Virus record (IMG/VR): IMGVR_UViG_3300044844_000506
Span: 1 to 64,000 of that record
Direction: 5' to 3' (one strand)
Length of the DNA stretch: 64,000 nucleotides
From: a virus
Made by a program: the position numbers and the translations under genes. A model generated the notes under the pieces. It was not told the DNA's origin. It did not search any database and saw nothing but the letters and a program-made list of their open reading frames with translations. Every line of letters begins with the position of its first letter. Position 1 is the stretch's first letter. This document shows positions 17,889 through 27,955 of the stretch, piece by piece.

Positions 17889-18538
17889 GTATTTATTGTA
17901 ATTTTTGTACCATAAATTCCGTGCTTGTGTTCAAAATTTTGAATAAAGGAAGCAGAATTGTTTAATCCATCCTCCAAAAAACTAGATTTTTTTATAAATG
18001 CAGTTGTCCAACTTATACTAGTTTCGTAATTTACTTTAACATAATTATTTATTAAATTATTGTCAAAATAATAAGAATACCAAGAGTAAGCAGCAGGTTC
18101 AGTATCGTGTAAAATTACTATGTCAAAAAGATCATAAAGATTGTTAATTGCAAAAGTTCTAGCACAAGTATAATTGTCTACAAATAACAATTTCCGTTCA
18201 TAATTTTCTGAAATGATCTTACTTCTTAGTTTTTGATAATAATCAACTATACTAGCTTTTTGGTATTCTTGTAACTCATAAACTTTTGTACCTATTACAG
18301 TATTCTGTATTTCGTGAAATATAAAATCACTGTTTGGATATTTTTCCTTGAACATAGAAAACCATTCAAAGTCGTTATCAATTCCAAGATATTTTTTTGA
18401 AGAATACTCTTCAATAAATAAAGGTGTTGAAAACAAACCTATTCCTATTTCTAAAATGTATTCAGGCTTGTAGTTGCTTAAAATAGTCCTAATTAAAGGT
18501 TGATGAGTCTGCCAGCTCCAATGTAAATCTTGATTCAT
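17885..18538 (-). CDS. Class I SAM-dependent methyltransferase-like protein
   Basis: ILEIGIGLFST, GIDND..W, FVD, ILHDTE. Confidence 0.7.
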   Translation of the reverse strand: MNQDLHWSWQTHQPLIRTILSNYKPEYILEIGIGLFSTPLFIEEYSSKKYLGIDNDFEWFSMFKEKYPNSDFIFHEIQNTVIGTKVYELQEYQKASIVDYYQKLRSKIISENYERKLLFVDNYTCARTFAINNLYDLFDIVILHDTEPAAYSWYSYYFDNNLINNYVKVNYETSISWTTAFIKKSSFLEDGLNNSASFIQNFEHKHGIYGTKITINT

Positions 18539-18586
18539 ATTACTTTTAAACTTCTTTCATTAAATAATGCCGATAAGCATTCTATA

Positions 18587-19411
18587 TCACAGGTTATTTT
18601 GTTCCATAATTTTTGAAATTGTACACAATTGATTTGAATTATTTAAATATTTTTTAGCTAAATCCGATCCATTAAACCAATGAATACCTATACAATCTTT
18701 ATTAATCTGAAAACTTTTATCTTCTAAAAATATTTTTTCAGTTTCATTCCACGCAAATGGGTAAATTAAATCATTATTTAAATTAACTATTTCCATGTTA
18801 GGGAAAAACTCTTTTACATTTTCCAAAGTAGGATATAATTTTAAAACTAGTTTTGTACCATATGCTTGATAATCGTTTATATCAGGCTGTTCTGCACAGG
18901 CGGAATATATTTTTTTATAAAATGCATTTCCTTTATTTGCACCAATAAATGCTATGTTGAAATAATCAGTATTAAATGTGATAAGTAATTTATCTTGTTT
19001 AACTGATTCAAATTTTTCTAAAATATTATTCAATGACCGTAAATAAAGAATATCAAAATCAGAGTATACTCCTCCCATATGATACAATATAAAATATCTA
19101 AAAATGTCAGATTTTTTAACTTCAGGCAAATCTGTTGAAAATTTAATACCAACACTAGAAATATCTTGAACTGATACACTTTTTAGATTAAATAGATTAG
19201 GGAAGTAATTTTCTCCGGTATAGTTAATTTTTTGTTCAGGGGTGGCCCATGTTTTTTTATTAGAATAATTAGAATCGAACCAAATTATAACTTCCCAATC
19301 AGGGTTATGTTTTAGAAATGATGTAACTGTTTTATAGTGTAATTTTGATAAATTATCATTTTTACCCCAGTATAAATGCAATTTTTTAGGTATATCATAT
19401 GAAGTTAACAT
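18587..19411 (-). CDS. DXD glycosyltransferase (GT32-like)
   Basis: IPKKLHLYW, SDIFRY..LY..GGVYSDFD, IHWFNG. Confidence 0.88.
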   Translation of the reverse strand: MLTSYDIPKKLHLYWGKNDNLSKLHYKTVTSFLKHNPDWEVIIWFDSNYSNKKTWATPEQKINYTGENYFPNLFNLKSVSVQDISSVGIKFSTDLPEVKKSDIFRYFILYHMGGVYSDFDILYLRSLNNILEKFESVKQDKLLITFNTDYFNIAFIGANKGNAFYKKIYSACAEQPDINDYQAYGTKLVLKLYPTLENVKEFFPNMEIVNLNNDLIYPFAWNETEKIFLEDKSFQINKDCIGIHWFNGSDLAKKYLNNSNQLCTISKIMEQNNL

Positions 19412-20501
19412 GAAGAGGATCCTTTTCTAACATATAATTTATGAATCTATTTTTATTATTAAACATACATCTTTCACACGAAGATGCTTTAAACTTTAAG
19501 TAATTCTTGACTTTCTCATCAGAAAACCAAAAATCTTTGAACGATTGATTTTTGATGGACCCCATCAATCCTAATTTATTATAAGCATTGTTACAGCAAG
19601 TATATACATTTTGATCTCCACCAATGTAAGTGTTTAGATGCATATACCCACAATACTCGTATTCAGGTCGTTCATCAATTAGATCTTGAACACGATCACC
19701 AAACAAATTAAAGACAGTAAACTTGCTAGTACTAAAATCTTGTTTTGCTTTAACAGCAAGCTCTCTTGCCACTGGATAAATTTGTTTGTGATATTCAAAA
19801 TCATCTGGTGTAAAAACTGCGCTTATTCTTATGTTATCTACTCCTAAGGTAGAAAATAATTTTGTGGCATCATAAATTTCTTTATAATTTTCTTTTGTGA
19901 CTACAAAACCTACCCCAACAATTAACTTACTTCTTGGACTAGATTTTTTAGCCGCAACAACTTTTTTTATGTTTTCTATAGCTCTATCAAAATAAGTTAT
20001 TGGAACTTCTCTCATTGAAGAGTATGTTTCTTTATTAGCCGCATCCATAGAAAATCTTACCCAAGAGCCTTGAGCTAGTATTTCTGGTACACCGTCTAAC
20101 ATTCTAGTACCATTAGTGACTAATGCTAAATCTAATCCAAGATCTAATGTTTTTTGAAATAGTTCCTTATGTTTAGTATGTACTGTTGGCTCACCTCCTC
20201 CAGTATACTGTATAGCTTTGACTCCCATCTCTTTACAATCGTTTAAAATTTCTAAACATTTTTCATAAGGTATCATTCTATTTGGATTATTGTTTACTAG
20301 CCCTGTAATAGGGTCTTTGGTTCCAAATAGCTGATTTGATGTATAATTTTCCATTCTGTATGCACAGAATGAACAGTTGTGATTACACAAATCAGATATG
20401 ATTAGTTGAACCTGAAGTGGAACTGGCTGACCACCAGAACGCATCTCATTTATCTTATCTTGGTGATGAACTATTTTATGCGGATTATAAGGATTACTCA
20501 T
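19395..20501 (-). CDS. Radical SAM / SPASM-twitch protein
   Basis: CNHNCSFC, GGGEPT, TNG, C-terminal C...NVYTCC...CERC. Confidence 0.92.
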   Translation of the reverse strand: MSNPYNPHKIVHHQDKINEMRSGGQPVPLQVQLIISDLCNHNCSFCAYRMENYTSNQLFGTKDPITGLVNNNPNRMIPYEKCLEILNDCKEMGVKAIQYTGGGEPTVHTKHKELFQKTLDLGLDLALVTNGTRMLDGVPEILAQGSWVRFSMDAANKETYSSMREVPITYFDRAIENIKKVVAAKKSSPRSKLIVGVGFVVTKENYKEIYDATKLFSTLGVDNIRISAVFTPDDFEYHKQIYPVARELAVKAKQDFSTSKFTVFNLFGDRVQDLIDERPEYEYCGYMHLNTYIGGDQNVYTCCNNAYNKLGLMGSIKNQSFKDFWFSDEKVKNYLKFKASSCERCMFNNKNRFINYMLEKDPLHVNFI

Positions 20502-20687
20502 ATTTGTTTACTTTATTAAAATGTTTTTAATTTTATTAAAATAATGATTTACGTTATCATATAGTAAGTGTTTAAATTTATCAAAACTTTCCATTTTTTT
20601 TATGTTTATACTCGTAATGTAGATTTTCTATACCTAAATACCCACTTATCCACTTAAATGAATTATAATTTGAACACATTAAAGTTA

Positions 20688-21287
20688 TCACTTACCCCTA
20701 CCGTTCCTGCCGTCTAATTTTGGTCTAACAGAATACAATAATTTTTCATACCACTTTATTTTATAGCCCATTTTCCCTAACAATTCCACATGATGAAAAT
20801 CTATGTAGTCAGAATTATTCCCTGATAATGCCTTAAAAAAAGGCAATACAAATAGTAAATGTGTTTTGTATGTAGGAACAGCTATATTTCCTAATGTTAT
20901 TCCTCTATTAGAATTTAAACATAATTCCAAACCATCATTATATTTTATTCCAGGTATCCAAACATCTATATCTGGTTCAGAAGAAATTTTTTTAATCATG
21001 TAATCTCCTGCTCCTTGGATAAACTCATCATCATCATCCAATAAACAAAAATACTCAGTATCGCAAGCGTATGCACCCATATTTATGGCAGCACTACCAT
21101 ATTTATCAAATTTTTGTCCTGTTTTCAACAATAGAACGTCTGATGGTATATCTCTTTTATCTAAATCTATAGCATCAGCAACTACTATTACTTTATTGAA
21201 TTCTTTTTTAGAAGATTCAATTGCATTCTTTAAAGTATTTCGTCCTATGGTTCTAATAATAACAGTTATTAGATTATTTTTTAACAT
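20688..21287 (-). CDS. Glycosyltransferase family 2-like
   Basis: ITVIIRTIGR, NMGA...LLDDDD. Confidence 0.75.
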   Translation of the reverse strand: MLKNNLITVIIRTIGRNTLKNAIESSKKEFNKVIVVADAIDLDKRDIPSDVLLLKTGQKFDKYGSAAINMGAYACDTEYFCLLDDDDEFIQGAGDYMIKKISSEPDIDVWIPGIKYNDGLELCLNSNRGITLGNIAVPTYKTHLLFVLPFFKALSGNNSDYIDFHHVELLGKMGYKIKWYEKLLYSVRPKLDGRNGRGK

Positions 21288-22507
21288 TTGTTTAATATGT
21301 ACTTATATAAGTTCAATCTATTATATACAACTTTATTTATATTAAACTTCTCTTCCGTAATTTTGTGCAGATTCTCACCCATCTCTCTCAAGAGATCAGG
21401 CTTCTTAATGCACTTCGTAAGAGTCTCAATCCATACGCTAGGCTTGGCAGACTTCGGTATAAGAAATCCCGTCTTACCATTGACGATGGTGTCCTCATAG
21501 CAGCCTACGTCAGAACAGATTAATGGTACTTTATATCTTCCAGCTTCAGCAACTTTGATATCGCTCTTACTGTCATTAAACGCATTCATTTGAAGCGGAG
21601 CAATTGCTGCATCCATATTAGCAAACATAACACCATATCTATCGGCAGGTAGAGCAGAGTTAATAGTATAATTCTTACCACCTCTAAACCCGCTACAAAT
21701 GATTCTTTCATAGTTCTTCCATACATCATGCTGCCATTTATCCTTCTCATCTTGAATTGGGGGTTTACCGTAGAAGTCCCATCTTACGTTATGGATTCCA
21801 ACCTTCTGATTAACTAGCCAAGGAATACCTGCAAACTCTTTAACATCTTCCTCATGGTGTATTCCTCCTGCCCAGCCTATCCTCACAAACTTATTCTTTG
21901 CTACTTGAGTTCTTGGTTGATTCCAAGCCTCTAGATTATAGTCAATAGAGTTTTTAACTACGGCTAAGGTGGTAGAGGTACTACAGAAACTAGCTATTCT
22001 TTCAGCGAACTTTCTTTGTGTAACAGTAACTAAATCAGAGTTATGATATACCCACTTAGTTACTTCAGATAGTCCACCTTCCTTATAGACTTTCTCTAGT
22101 CTATGACCTGCATACAATTCTGTGAGAAGGTCATCAGTATCAAAATGGAATAACTTCTTATGTTCTTTAGTTATTCCACAAACCCTTGCAAGGTAATTAA
22201 CTCCATAGTTAGTTATGTTATTTGTCCAGACAATATCAGCCCAGTCAAATAACTCTCTATTTATGTTTTCCTTGAATGGGTTACCATCCTTAGGTAATTC
22301 CCATCCAAGAGGATTATAGTCGTACTTGACTTCTACTACATTAGGGTATAATTCAAGTAACTTACGGGAAGGCATGATAATTCTATAATAACTGCACCCC
22401 CCATCATTCGGTATAAATGCAAGAATCCTAAGTTTTCTTCCCAACTTAGGAAACTCCGTTAATTTAGACCACTCTTCAGGACTTAATTCAGGTGATACAT
22501 TAGACAT
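21281..22507 (-). CDS. GT-B fold glycosyltransferase (GT4-like)
   Basis: GCSYYRI, DTDDLL, IGWAGG..H, IAPL...FNxxKSxIKxxEAG, SDVGCY. Confidence 0.88.
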   Translation of the reverse strand: MSNVSPELSPEEWSKLTEFPKLGRKLRILAFIPNDGGCSYYRIIMPSRKLLELYPNVVEVKYDYNPLGWELPKDGNPFKENINRELFDWADIVWTNNITNYGVNYLARVCGITKEHKKLFHFDTDDLLTELYAGHRLEKVYKEGGLSEVTKWVYHNSDLVTVTQRKFAERIASFCSTSTTLAVVKNSIDYNLEAWNQPRTQVAKNKFVRIGWAGGIHHEEDVKEFAGIPWLVNQKVGIHNVRWDFYGKPPIQDEKDKWQHDVWKNYERIICSGFRGGKNYTINSALPADRYGVMFANMDAAIAPLQMNAFNDSKSDIKVAEAGRYKVPLICSDVGCYEDTIVNGKTGFLIPKSAKPSVWIETLTKCIKKPDLLREMGENLHKITEEKFNINKVVYNRLNLYKYILNKC

Positions 22508-22548
22508 TTCATATCATATGTCGTATCACTTAAATCTGTATATTTATA

Positions 22549-22794
22549 TTAAAGATTATTATCTAGTTTCAGAACTTGCAACCAGTTATGCTTGGTCTTA
22601 AAATAAATTTCCATAGTGGTTGCACCACCCTTATCGTTCATCAAGTAAATATCTAATCCATAAAGATCTGTGTCATCCTTATAAGCGTAATAGCCTTTAA
22701 AATCAAGTTGATTAAATGTAAAAGCAACATACCCATCTATGTAAACCTTTACCCTTCCATTATACAACTTAAAAGAATACTTGTGGTTTTTCAT
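22549..22794 (-). CDS. Hypothetical protein
   Basis: ATGA overlap with rmlD. Confidence 0.6.
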   Translation of the reverse strand: MKNHKYSFKLYNGRVKVYIDGYVAFTFNQLDFKGYYAYKDDTDLYGLDIYLMNDKGGATTMEIYFKTKHNWLQVLKLDNNL

Positions 22795-23528
22795 ATAGAT
22801 TCAATCATGGAACAATCTGTTGGATACCTATAAGGTAATTTTACATCGTAAACATTAGATATTTCTACTTCTGGATATTCCTGTTTTGCTAAATCTAATA
22901 GTAGTTTACGTTCCGTGCCTACATTTATGATGCCTCTCATATCACGTTCAATGGCTTCCACAATCTTTTGAGCAATTACATCCATCCAGTCAGCACTTGT
23001 GTATACTGGATGATAAACTTTTTTATAAGCATTTGGACCCCATGTTCCACGGGGTTTCATAGCTGCTCGTATAATTAGATCTTTATTTTTATCGCAGAAC
23101 CACTCTCCCATGTACTTAGTTATACCATAAATAGATCTTGGTCCTGCCTGATCAACATTACTACCTACTGCATACCAACCTTTTGTTCCTGGATAAACAT
23201 AATCGCTGGAGATATAAACTACTTTAGCACCAATAAACTTAGAGGCTTCACAAACCATTTGATTACCTCTAGTATTTATTTTATATGCTTGGATTCTTCC
23301 AATAGAACTTTCTGCTCCAGCGACATCAGTATATGCTGCTAAGTTTATTACTAAGTCTGGTGCTACGTCACAAATCAATCTCCACACTTGACCAGTTGAG
23401 ATATCTACTTCTTCATGAGTTGGAGTAATAACATTAGCACCAGCTTTTTTTAAAAGAGGTACAAGTTCTTTTCCTAACCTACCAGACGCTCCAAATACAA
23501 CGACTTTCTTTTCCTTAAGATAACTCAT
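22791..23528 (-). CDS. rmlD: dTDP-4-dehydrorhamnose reductase-like SDR
   Basis: GASGRLG, NLAAYTDV..AE, ISSDYVY, YGITK. Confidence 0.85.
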   Translation of the reverse strand: MSYLKEKKVVVFGASGRLGKELVPLLKKAGANVITPTHEEVDISTGQVWRLICDVAPDLVINLAAYTDVAGAESSIGRIQAYKINTRGNQMVCEASKFIGAKVVYISSDYVYPGTKGWYAVGSNVDQAGPRSIYGITKYMGEWFCDKNKDLIIRAAMKPRGTWGPNAYKKVYHPVYTSADWMDVIAQKIVEAIERDMRGIINVGTERKLLLDLAKQEYPEVEISNVYDVKLPYRYPTDCSMIESI

Positions 23529-23535
23529 TACTACC

Positions 23536-24543
23536 TTAATTTAATTCATCATGCAAAGTTTGCAATTGACTATGCAAGAACTCAAATAACTTTAACGTCC
23601 AATAAGCGTTTTTGCCTTCCAAGACTCCAAGTTTAGTGGAATCCATCGTGTACAATTTATCATGTCCTAGACGATCTTTCACACGCTTTATCTTAATTTT
23701 ATTCCCAAGCAGTTCCCAAACAGAACTGACATAATTAACAATATCACAATTTCCAATAGGGTCTTGCGTTGATCCTATGTTTACAATGTGATTTTTTGCT
23801 TCACTATTCTTCATCAAAGAAAATATCATGCGAGCATTATCATCAACATAAATCCATTCACGACATTGAGTGCCATCACCGTAAACAGGTATGGGTTGAT
23901 CCTCTTTAATGCACTTAAGAATCTTGGGAATGAACTTCTCTGGATATTGGTGTGGACCAAAGTTATTACAGCTTCTTGTAATCAAATACTTCAGACCGTA
24001 AGTTCTTCCACACGCTATGACTAGATTGTCTGCTGATGCTTTTGATGCAGCATAATAAGAACTAGGCTTTTGCAGCGTCTGCTCATCAGCCATCTGAATA
24101 CCCTCTTCATAGCGATCTCCATAAACTTCATCGGTGGAGATTTGGACAAATCGCTTCAACTCCTTAGATTGACGAACAATCTCAAGAAGGTTAAACACAC
24201 CCATTACATTAGCTCGCATAAAAGGAGAACCATCTGTAATGGAATTATCAACATGGGTTTCAGCGGCAAAGTTTACGACATACTCAGACTTCAAAAGACA
24301 GTTATTTGTCTTAGAGTTAATATTGGTGTCAGCAATATCAACACCATCGTAGAACTTAACTCGCTTCTTCATAGAAGAATCGAGCCAATCAAATCTCTGC
24401 TTTATTAGATTACTAGAAACATAAGTAAGAATGTCTATTACAGCCACATCATACTTAGTATTCTCAAGTATGTATTTTACGAATCTAGATCCAATAAATC
24501 CTCGACCACCAGTTACAGTAATTAGTTTAGTTTTTTTAATCAT
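23536..24543 (-). CDS. rmlB: dTDP-glucose 4,6-dehydratase
   Basis: TGGRGFIGS, FAAETHVDNSI, ISTDEVYG, YAASKA, NNFGPHQYPEKFIP, DRLGHD. Confidence 0.93.
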   Translation of the reverse strand: MIKKTKLITVTGGRGFIGSRFVKYILENTKYDVAVIDILTYVSSNLIKQRFDWLDSSMKKRVKFYDGVDIADTNINSKTNNCLLKSEYVVNFAAETHVDNSITDGSPFMRANVMGVFNLLEIVRQSKELKRFVQISTDEVYGDRYEEGIQMADEQTLQKPSSYYAASKASADNLVIACGRTYGLKYLITRSCNNFGPHQYPEKFIPKILKCIKEDQPIPVYGDGTQCREWIYVDDNARMIFSLMKNSEAKNHIVNIGSTQDPIGNCDIVNYVSSVWELLGNKIKIKRVKDRLGHDKLYTMDSTKLGVLEGKNAYWTLKLFEFLHSQLQTLHDELN

Positions 24544-24573
24544 TATTATTAAATGTATGATTTTTTTAAAAGT

Positions 24574-24648
24574 TGGCTCCTCGGGTAGGACTCGAACCTA
24601 CAACCAATCGGTTAACAGCCGATTGCTCTACCATTGAGCTACCGAGGA
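24574..24648 (-). tRNA. tRNA-Asn(GUU)
   Basis: TCCTCGG acceptor stem; anticodon loop CT GTT AA; GCCA end. Confidence 0.95.
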
Positions 24649-24760
24649 CCATTATTAACTCATAGCTAGGACTATAGCTATTAATGCATAAATTACTACT
24701 ACACCAAGGACAGCAATAAGGCATCCGAACTCTTCCTCGGACTTATCTTCATCATCGTAA

Positions 24761-25009
24761 TCAGAAGGGCAACTCATTACTAGTATCCTCGTCTGCTTCG
24801 ATTTGTCTTTCGATTTGGGATAGGACGAATTGGAGTCTATCTATTACGTCAATTGTCTTTACTGCTCTCTCTGCTAGCTGGATATTGAATCCTCCATCAT
24901 ACCATTCATCCTTGGTAGTCTTGGTAGAGGTTTCTGCCAGTAAGGCTCTTGCGAACTCCTTGGCTTGCTGCAAATAATCTTTACCTTCTTTATACGTTCT
25001 CTTGTGCAT
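24761..25009 (-). CDS. Hypothetical protein
   Basis: 82-aa ORF. Confidence 0.6.
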   Translation of the reverse strand: MHKRTYKEGKDYLQQAKEFARALLAETSTKTTKDEWYDGGFNIQLAERAVKTIDVIDRLQFVLSQIERQIEADEDTSNELPF

Positions 25010-25033
25010 ATTACTAGTTTGACTTTCTGGCTA

Positions 25034-25225
25034 TTAATACCACTCCATAATAGACTTCTGAAGGCTAATTATATCGGAATCCATCACTTTTATTATTTGT
25101 TCTAGCTTGTTTATTTCGGCTAGGTGGTCCTCATATTTAACCCACTTTCCAGTATCGCTTTCTTGTTCTTCCACTTGGCAGTCATTACAGAATCTATCTA
25201 ATTCGTGATTGTATCTTTTAATCAT
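25034..25225 (-). CDS. Hypothetical protein (GxWVKYED motif)
   Basis: AGGAG RBS. Confidence 0.65.
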   Translation of the reverse strand: MIKRYNHELDRFCNDCQVEEQESDTGKWVKYEDHLAEINKLEQIIKVMDSDIISLQKSIMEWY

Positions 25226-25356
25226 GTTTTCTCCTGCACTATGTCCTCTTCACCATAGCCATCGCCATAGCCAGAGCCAGAGCCAGAGCCATAGCCAGAG
25301 CCAGAGCCATAGCCATAGCCAGAGCCATAGCCAGAGCCAGAGCCATCACGGCTCAT
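25222..25356 (-). CDS. Gly-rich (GS/GY/GD)n micro-protein, copy 2, 44 aa
   Basis: Not in the ORF track. MSRDGSGSGYG...GEEDIVQEKT; GAGG RBS. Confidence 0.55.
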   Translation of the reverse strand: MSRDGSGSGYGSGYGYGSGSGYGSGSGSGYGDGYGEEDIVQEKT

Positions 25357-25367
25357 TTGTCCTCTAA

Positions 25368-25547
25368 TCAATTGCTCTTGCATTGCACTATGTCCTCTTT
25401 ACCATCGCCATAGCCATAGCCATCGCCATAGCCATAGCCATAGCCATCGCCATCGCCATAGCCAGAGCCATAGCTAGAGCCATAGCCATAGCCATAACCA
25501 TAGCCATAGCCAGAGCCAGAGCCAGAGCCAGAGCCTTTACGGCTCAT
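25368..25547 (-). CDS. Gly-rich (GS/GY/GD)n micro-protein, copy 1
   Basis: MSRKGSGS...GKEDIVQCKSN, built from hexamer repeats. Confidence 0.6.
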   Translation of the reverse strand: MSRKGSGSGSGSGYGYGYGYGYGSSYGSGYGDGDGYGYGYGDGYGYGDGKEDIVQCKSN

Positions 25548-25558
25548 TTGGCCTCGGA

Positions 25559-25864
25559 TTAGCTCCACGGTGCCTTCTCCCAAGCAGCAACAGCATCATC
25601 GCTGCACAGAGCGACTGCGGTCACGTTGCGAACTTGGATGTCCGCCTTCGGCCCAACTTTGCATCCGCTCGAAGGGCCAGTCGCCGCGAGGCCAAAACAG
25701 CCCTTGACATCCGCGCTCCAGTAGATGCACATCCGCGCATCCTTGAGCGTTATGGTGTCGCCATCGTAGTTGTTGGTGTATCCGAAAAACACACCACGAT
25801 GCGAGGTCGTAACGAGAACGGGAACCATCTTCTTAGCAGACTTCTTAACGATCTTCTTAGCCAT
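25559..25864 (-). CDS. DUF6948-like protein, GC-rich gene
   Basis: VLVTTxHRGVFFG...LxxARxxxYW...GLAxxGP; AAGGA RBS. Confidence 0.75.
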   Translation of the reverse strand: MAKKIVKKSAKKMVPVLVTTSHRGVFFGYTNNYDGDTITLKDARMCIYWSADVKGCFGLAATGPSSGCKVGPKADIQVRNVTAVALCSDDAVAAWEKAPWS

Positions 25865-25965
25865 GTTTAATTCCTTTCAAAAGTTTGTTTGCTTGACGTT
25901 TACCTAAATTACTTTTAACACTTTTCTTATTCTTTCATTGATTAGTATACAACAAAAGATTGTAT

Positions 25966-26042
25966 TGGTCCGCCTATTAGGATTTGAACCTACATCTGAG
26001 GCTTATAAGACCCCTGCTCTAACCAGATTGAGCTATAAGCGG
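25966..26042 (-). tRNA. tRNA-Ile(UAU)
   Basis: CCGCTTA/TAGGCGG acceptor stem; anticodon loop CT TAT AA; CCA; one T-stem mismatch. Confidence 0.85.
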
Positions 26043-26106
26043 ATAGTTTTTGAGGAGAAGGATCACTCCCCCTCCTCAGTATCATATCTAACTTACTGCA
26101 AAAATT

Positions 26107-26688
26107 TTAGCAAGAGACAGATGCTTCTGTGCTTTCAATCTTTTTGTTATCTGTGTGCATGGCACCAAGTGCTTTAGTTGCTGCAATAAGAGCTTCCTTA
26201 GGCTGCAACTTAATCAAAGACTTAGCTGCCTGACCATAGTGCTGTCTCTTACGGGCACTGAACATGGCAAGAATAGCTTCGATTCCTAGTAACCAAGGTG
26301 CCGCACCTTCTACACCAACCAGTAGGGTCTTGATAACCCCAAGAACCCCAGGATCTGTAAAAAAATCTTCCCAACCTTCTTTCTCTCTTAAATTAACACC
26401 TTCAAGAGGAACATAAAGTGTAGATTCTTCCTTTACATTCTTACGAGCAGTGATAATCACTTCATTTTCTGGAGTTACCTGAAGAGCCATCTCTACTTCA
26501 TCAGGAACAATTTCAAGTGGTACATAACCAATTTGATCTTGTGGAACATCCTGAGTTAGTTGACTCTCTGTGGTAACAACAACTTGATATCCTTCTTGAG
26601 GTGGTTCCCAGAAGAAAAGACTCTTACAAGCTGAGATAGGTAGAATAACTACCAGAAGTAAAACAATAATACCTAAAAATCTATTCAT
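26107..26688 (-). CDS. Putative lipoprotein / membrane protein
   Basis: Hydrophobic signal ending ISAC, plus a later hydrophobic segment. Confidence 0.65.
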   Translation of the reverse strand: MNRFLGIIVLLLVVILPISACKSLFFWEPPQEGYQVVVTTESQLTQDVPQDQIGYVPLEIVPDEVEMALQVTPENEVIITARKNVKEESTLYVPLEGVNLREKEGWEDFFTDPGVLGVIKTLLVGVEGAAPWLLGIEAILAMFSARKRQHYGQAAKSLIKLQPKEALIAATKALGAMHTDNKKIESTEASVSC

Positions 26689-26691
26689 AAA

Positions 26692-27483
26692 TTAAGCCTC
26701 TAAACGCTTTTTAAACTCTTCCTCACTAGCTACTTCACTAGTGACTTTTGATTCTCCTTCTTCCTTAGATGGAATAGAACCAGTAGCCATTAATGTTTGA
26801 GCTAGGTTCTTAACTTCCTCATAGTTCTCCTTCTTAATAAGAGCCTTGAGGTCGTGTAGAGAATCCATATACTTAGCAATAGCTGACTTACTAGATCCAG
26901 CAGGAGTTGAATTCATCTTAGGACGGGATTGTTCGTAATTACGATACTCACCCTTCATTGTCACGATAAAGTTGAAGTCATGTCCCTTATCTAGGCTTGT
27001 AATGTCTCCAAGACCTTCAATACCTAGATCATCATCACCAAGCATATAAGACATAATTGTCTTAAATTGATCTTTACCAACGGAAAGAATCTTTACAGTA
27101 TCAGTCTTTCGATCTACTACATTCATGTAGATTCTTTCCTTTGCACGAATTGAAAGAGATCCCTTGCCATACTTATCTGCTAGTGTAGTATCACCTAGCT
27201 TGTGACGCTTCCACATTTCGTAATAAGCATCACACAGGGGGCAGGGTTCTCCATGCATCTTAAGGCAGTGAATGTTTCTTGCCTTACCATTCTGGTCATG
27301 GATCTTATGTACCTTGTTCTCTACATAAAACCATTTTCCCTCCTCCTTGGCAGGGAGAATTCTAACGACGTTAGAACCCATCTCCATACTCATAAAGTTC
27401 TTTAGGAAGTCCTCAGAGTTGGCTGCGGGCTTTTCCTTTGTAAGTTCAGTATATTTCTTCTTAAGTTCGTCTAAGTTTACCAT
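26692..27483 (-). CDS. gp32-like single-stranded DNA-binding protein
   Basis: VRILP, H...C......CPLC, GHDF, acidic tail; synteny with UvsY and helicase. Confidence 0.85.
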   Translation of the reverse strand: MVNLDELKKKYTELTKEKPAANSEDFLKNFMSMEMGSNVVRILPAKEEGKWFYVENKVHKIHDQNGKARNIHCLKMHGEPCPLCDAYYEMWKRHKLGDTTLADKYGKGSLSIRAKERIYMNVVDRKTDTVKILSVGKDQFKTIMSYMLGDDDLGIEGLGDITSLDKGHDFNFIVTMKGEYRNYEQSRPKMNSTPAGSSKSAIAKYMDSLHDLKALIKKENYEEVKNLAQTLMATGSIPSKEEGESKVTSEVASEEEFKKRLEA

Positions 27484-27499
27484 AGTTTAATCCTTGTTG

Positions 27500-27955
27500 T
27501 TAGCCGTAAATACCCATCTCTTTTCGTGAGTTACTTGATATCTGAATGAGACAGTCTTTACGGTGTTCGAGACTTGAAATTAACCCCTTTAATAGATTGA
27601 ATCTATGATCTAAGGTTAACTTCTGTTGCTTGAGGCTGTTATACTCCTCATCAGATAATACCTTAGATTCCAGATATTTATCTGTAGGCTTCGATTTATT
27701 TTCTAGTCTGTACTTAGCATCCTCCCTTGAACGTATGTCAGCCTCTAACTTGTCCAAGTAGTGCTGTGTTAGTTCAGACTTTGCTTTGGCTTCATTTAGA
27801 AGCCCTGAATAGTATGCGAATACTGAAGCATGATGACCTAACTCGAAGTCTAGATAAGTTTTATCTATTCTAGCTAAGTTATCCGCTAATTCAACATACT
27901 TCTTCCAATCTAAATCATCATCTTTACTCAAAAATATATACTCCCTCATGACCAC
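27500..27955 (-). CDS. uvsY: UvsY-like recombination mediator
   Basis: Helical protein with T.K.LES.V.SDEEY; lies between helicase and SSB. Confidence 0.7.
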   Translation of the reverse strand: MVMREYIFLSKDDDLDWKKYVELADNLARIDKTYLDFELGHHASVFAYYSGLLNEAKAKSELTQHYLDKLEADIRSREDAKYRLENKSKPTDKYLESKVLSDEEYNSLKQQKLTLDHRFNLLKGLISSLEHRKDCLIQISSNSRKEMGIYG

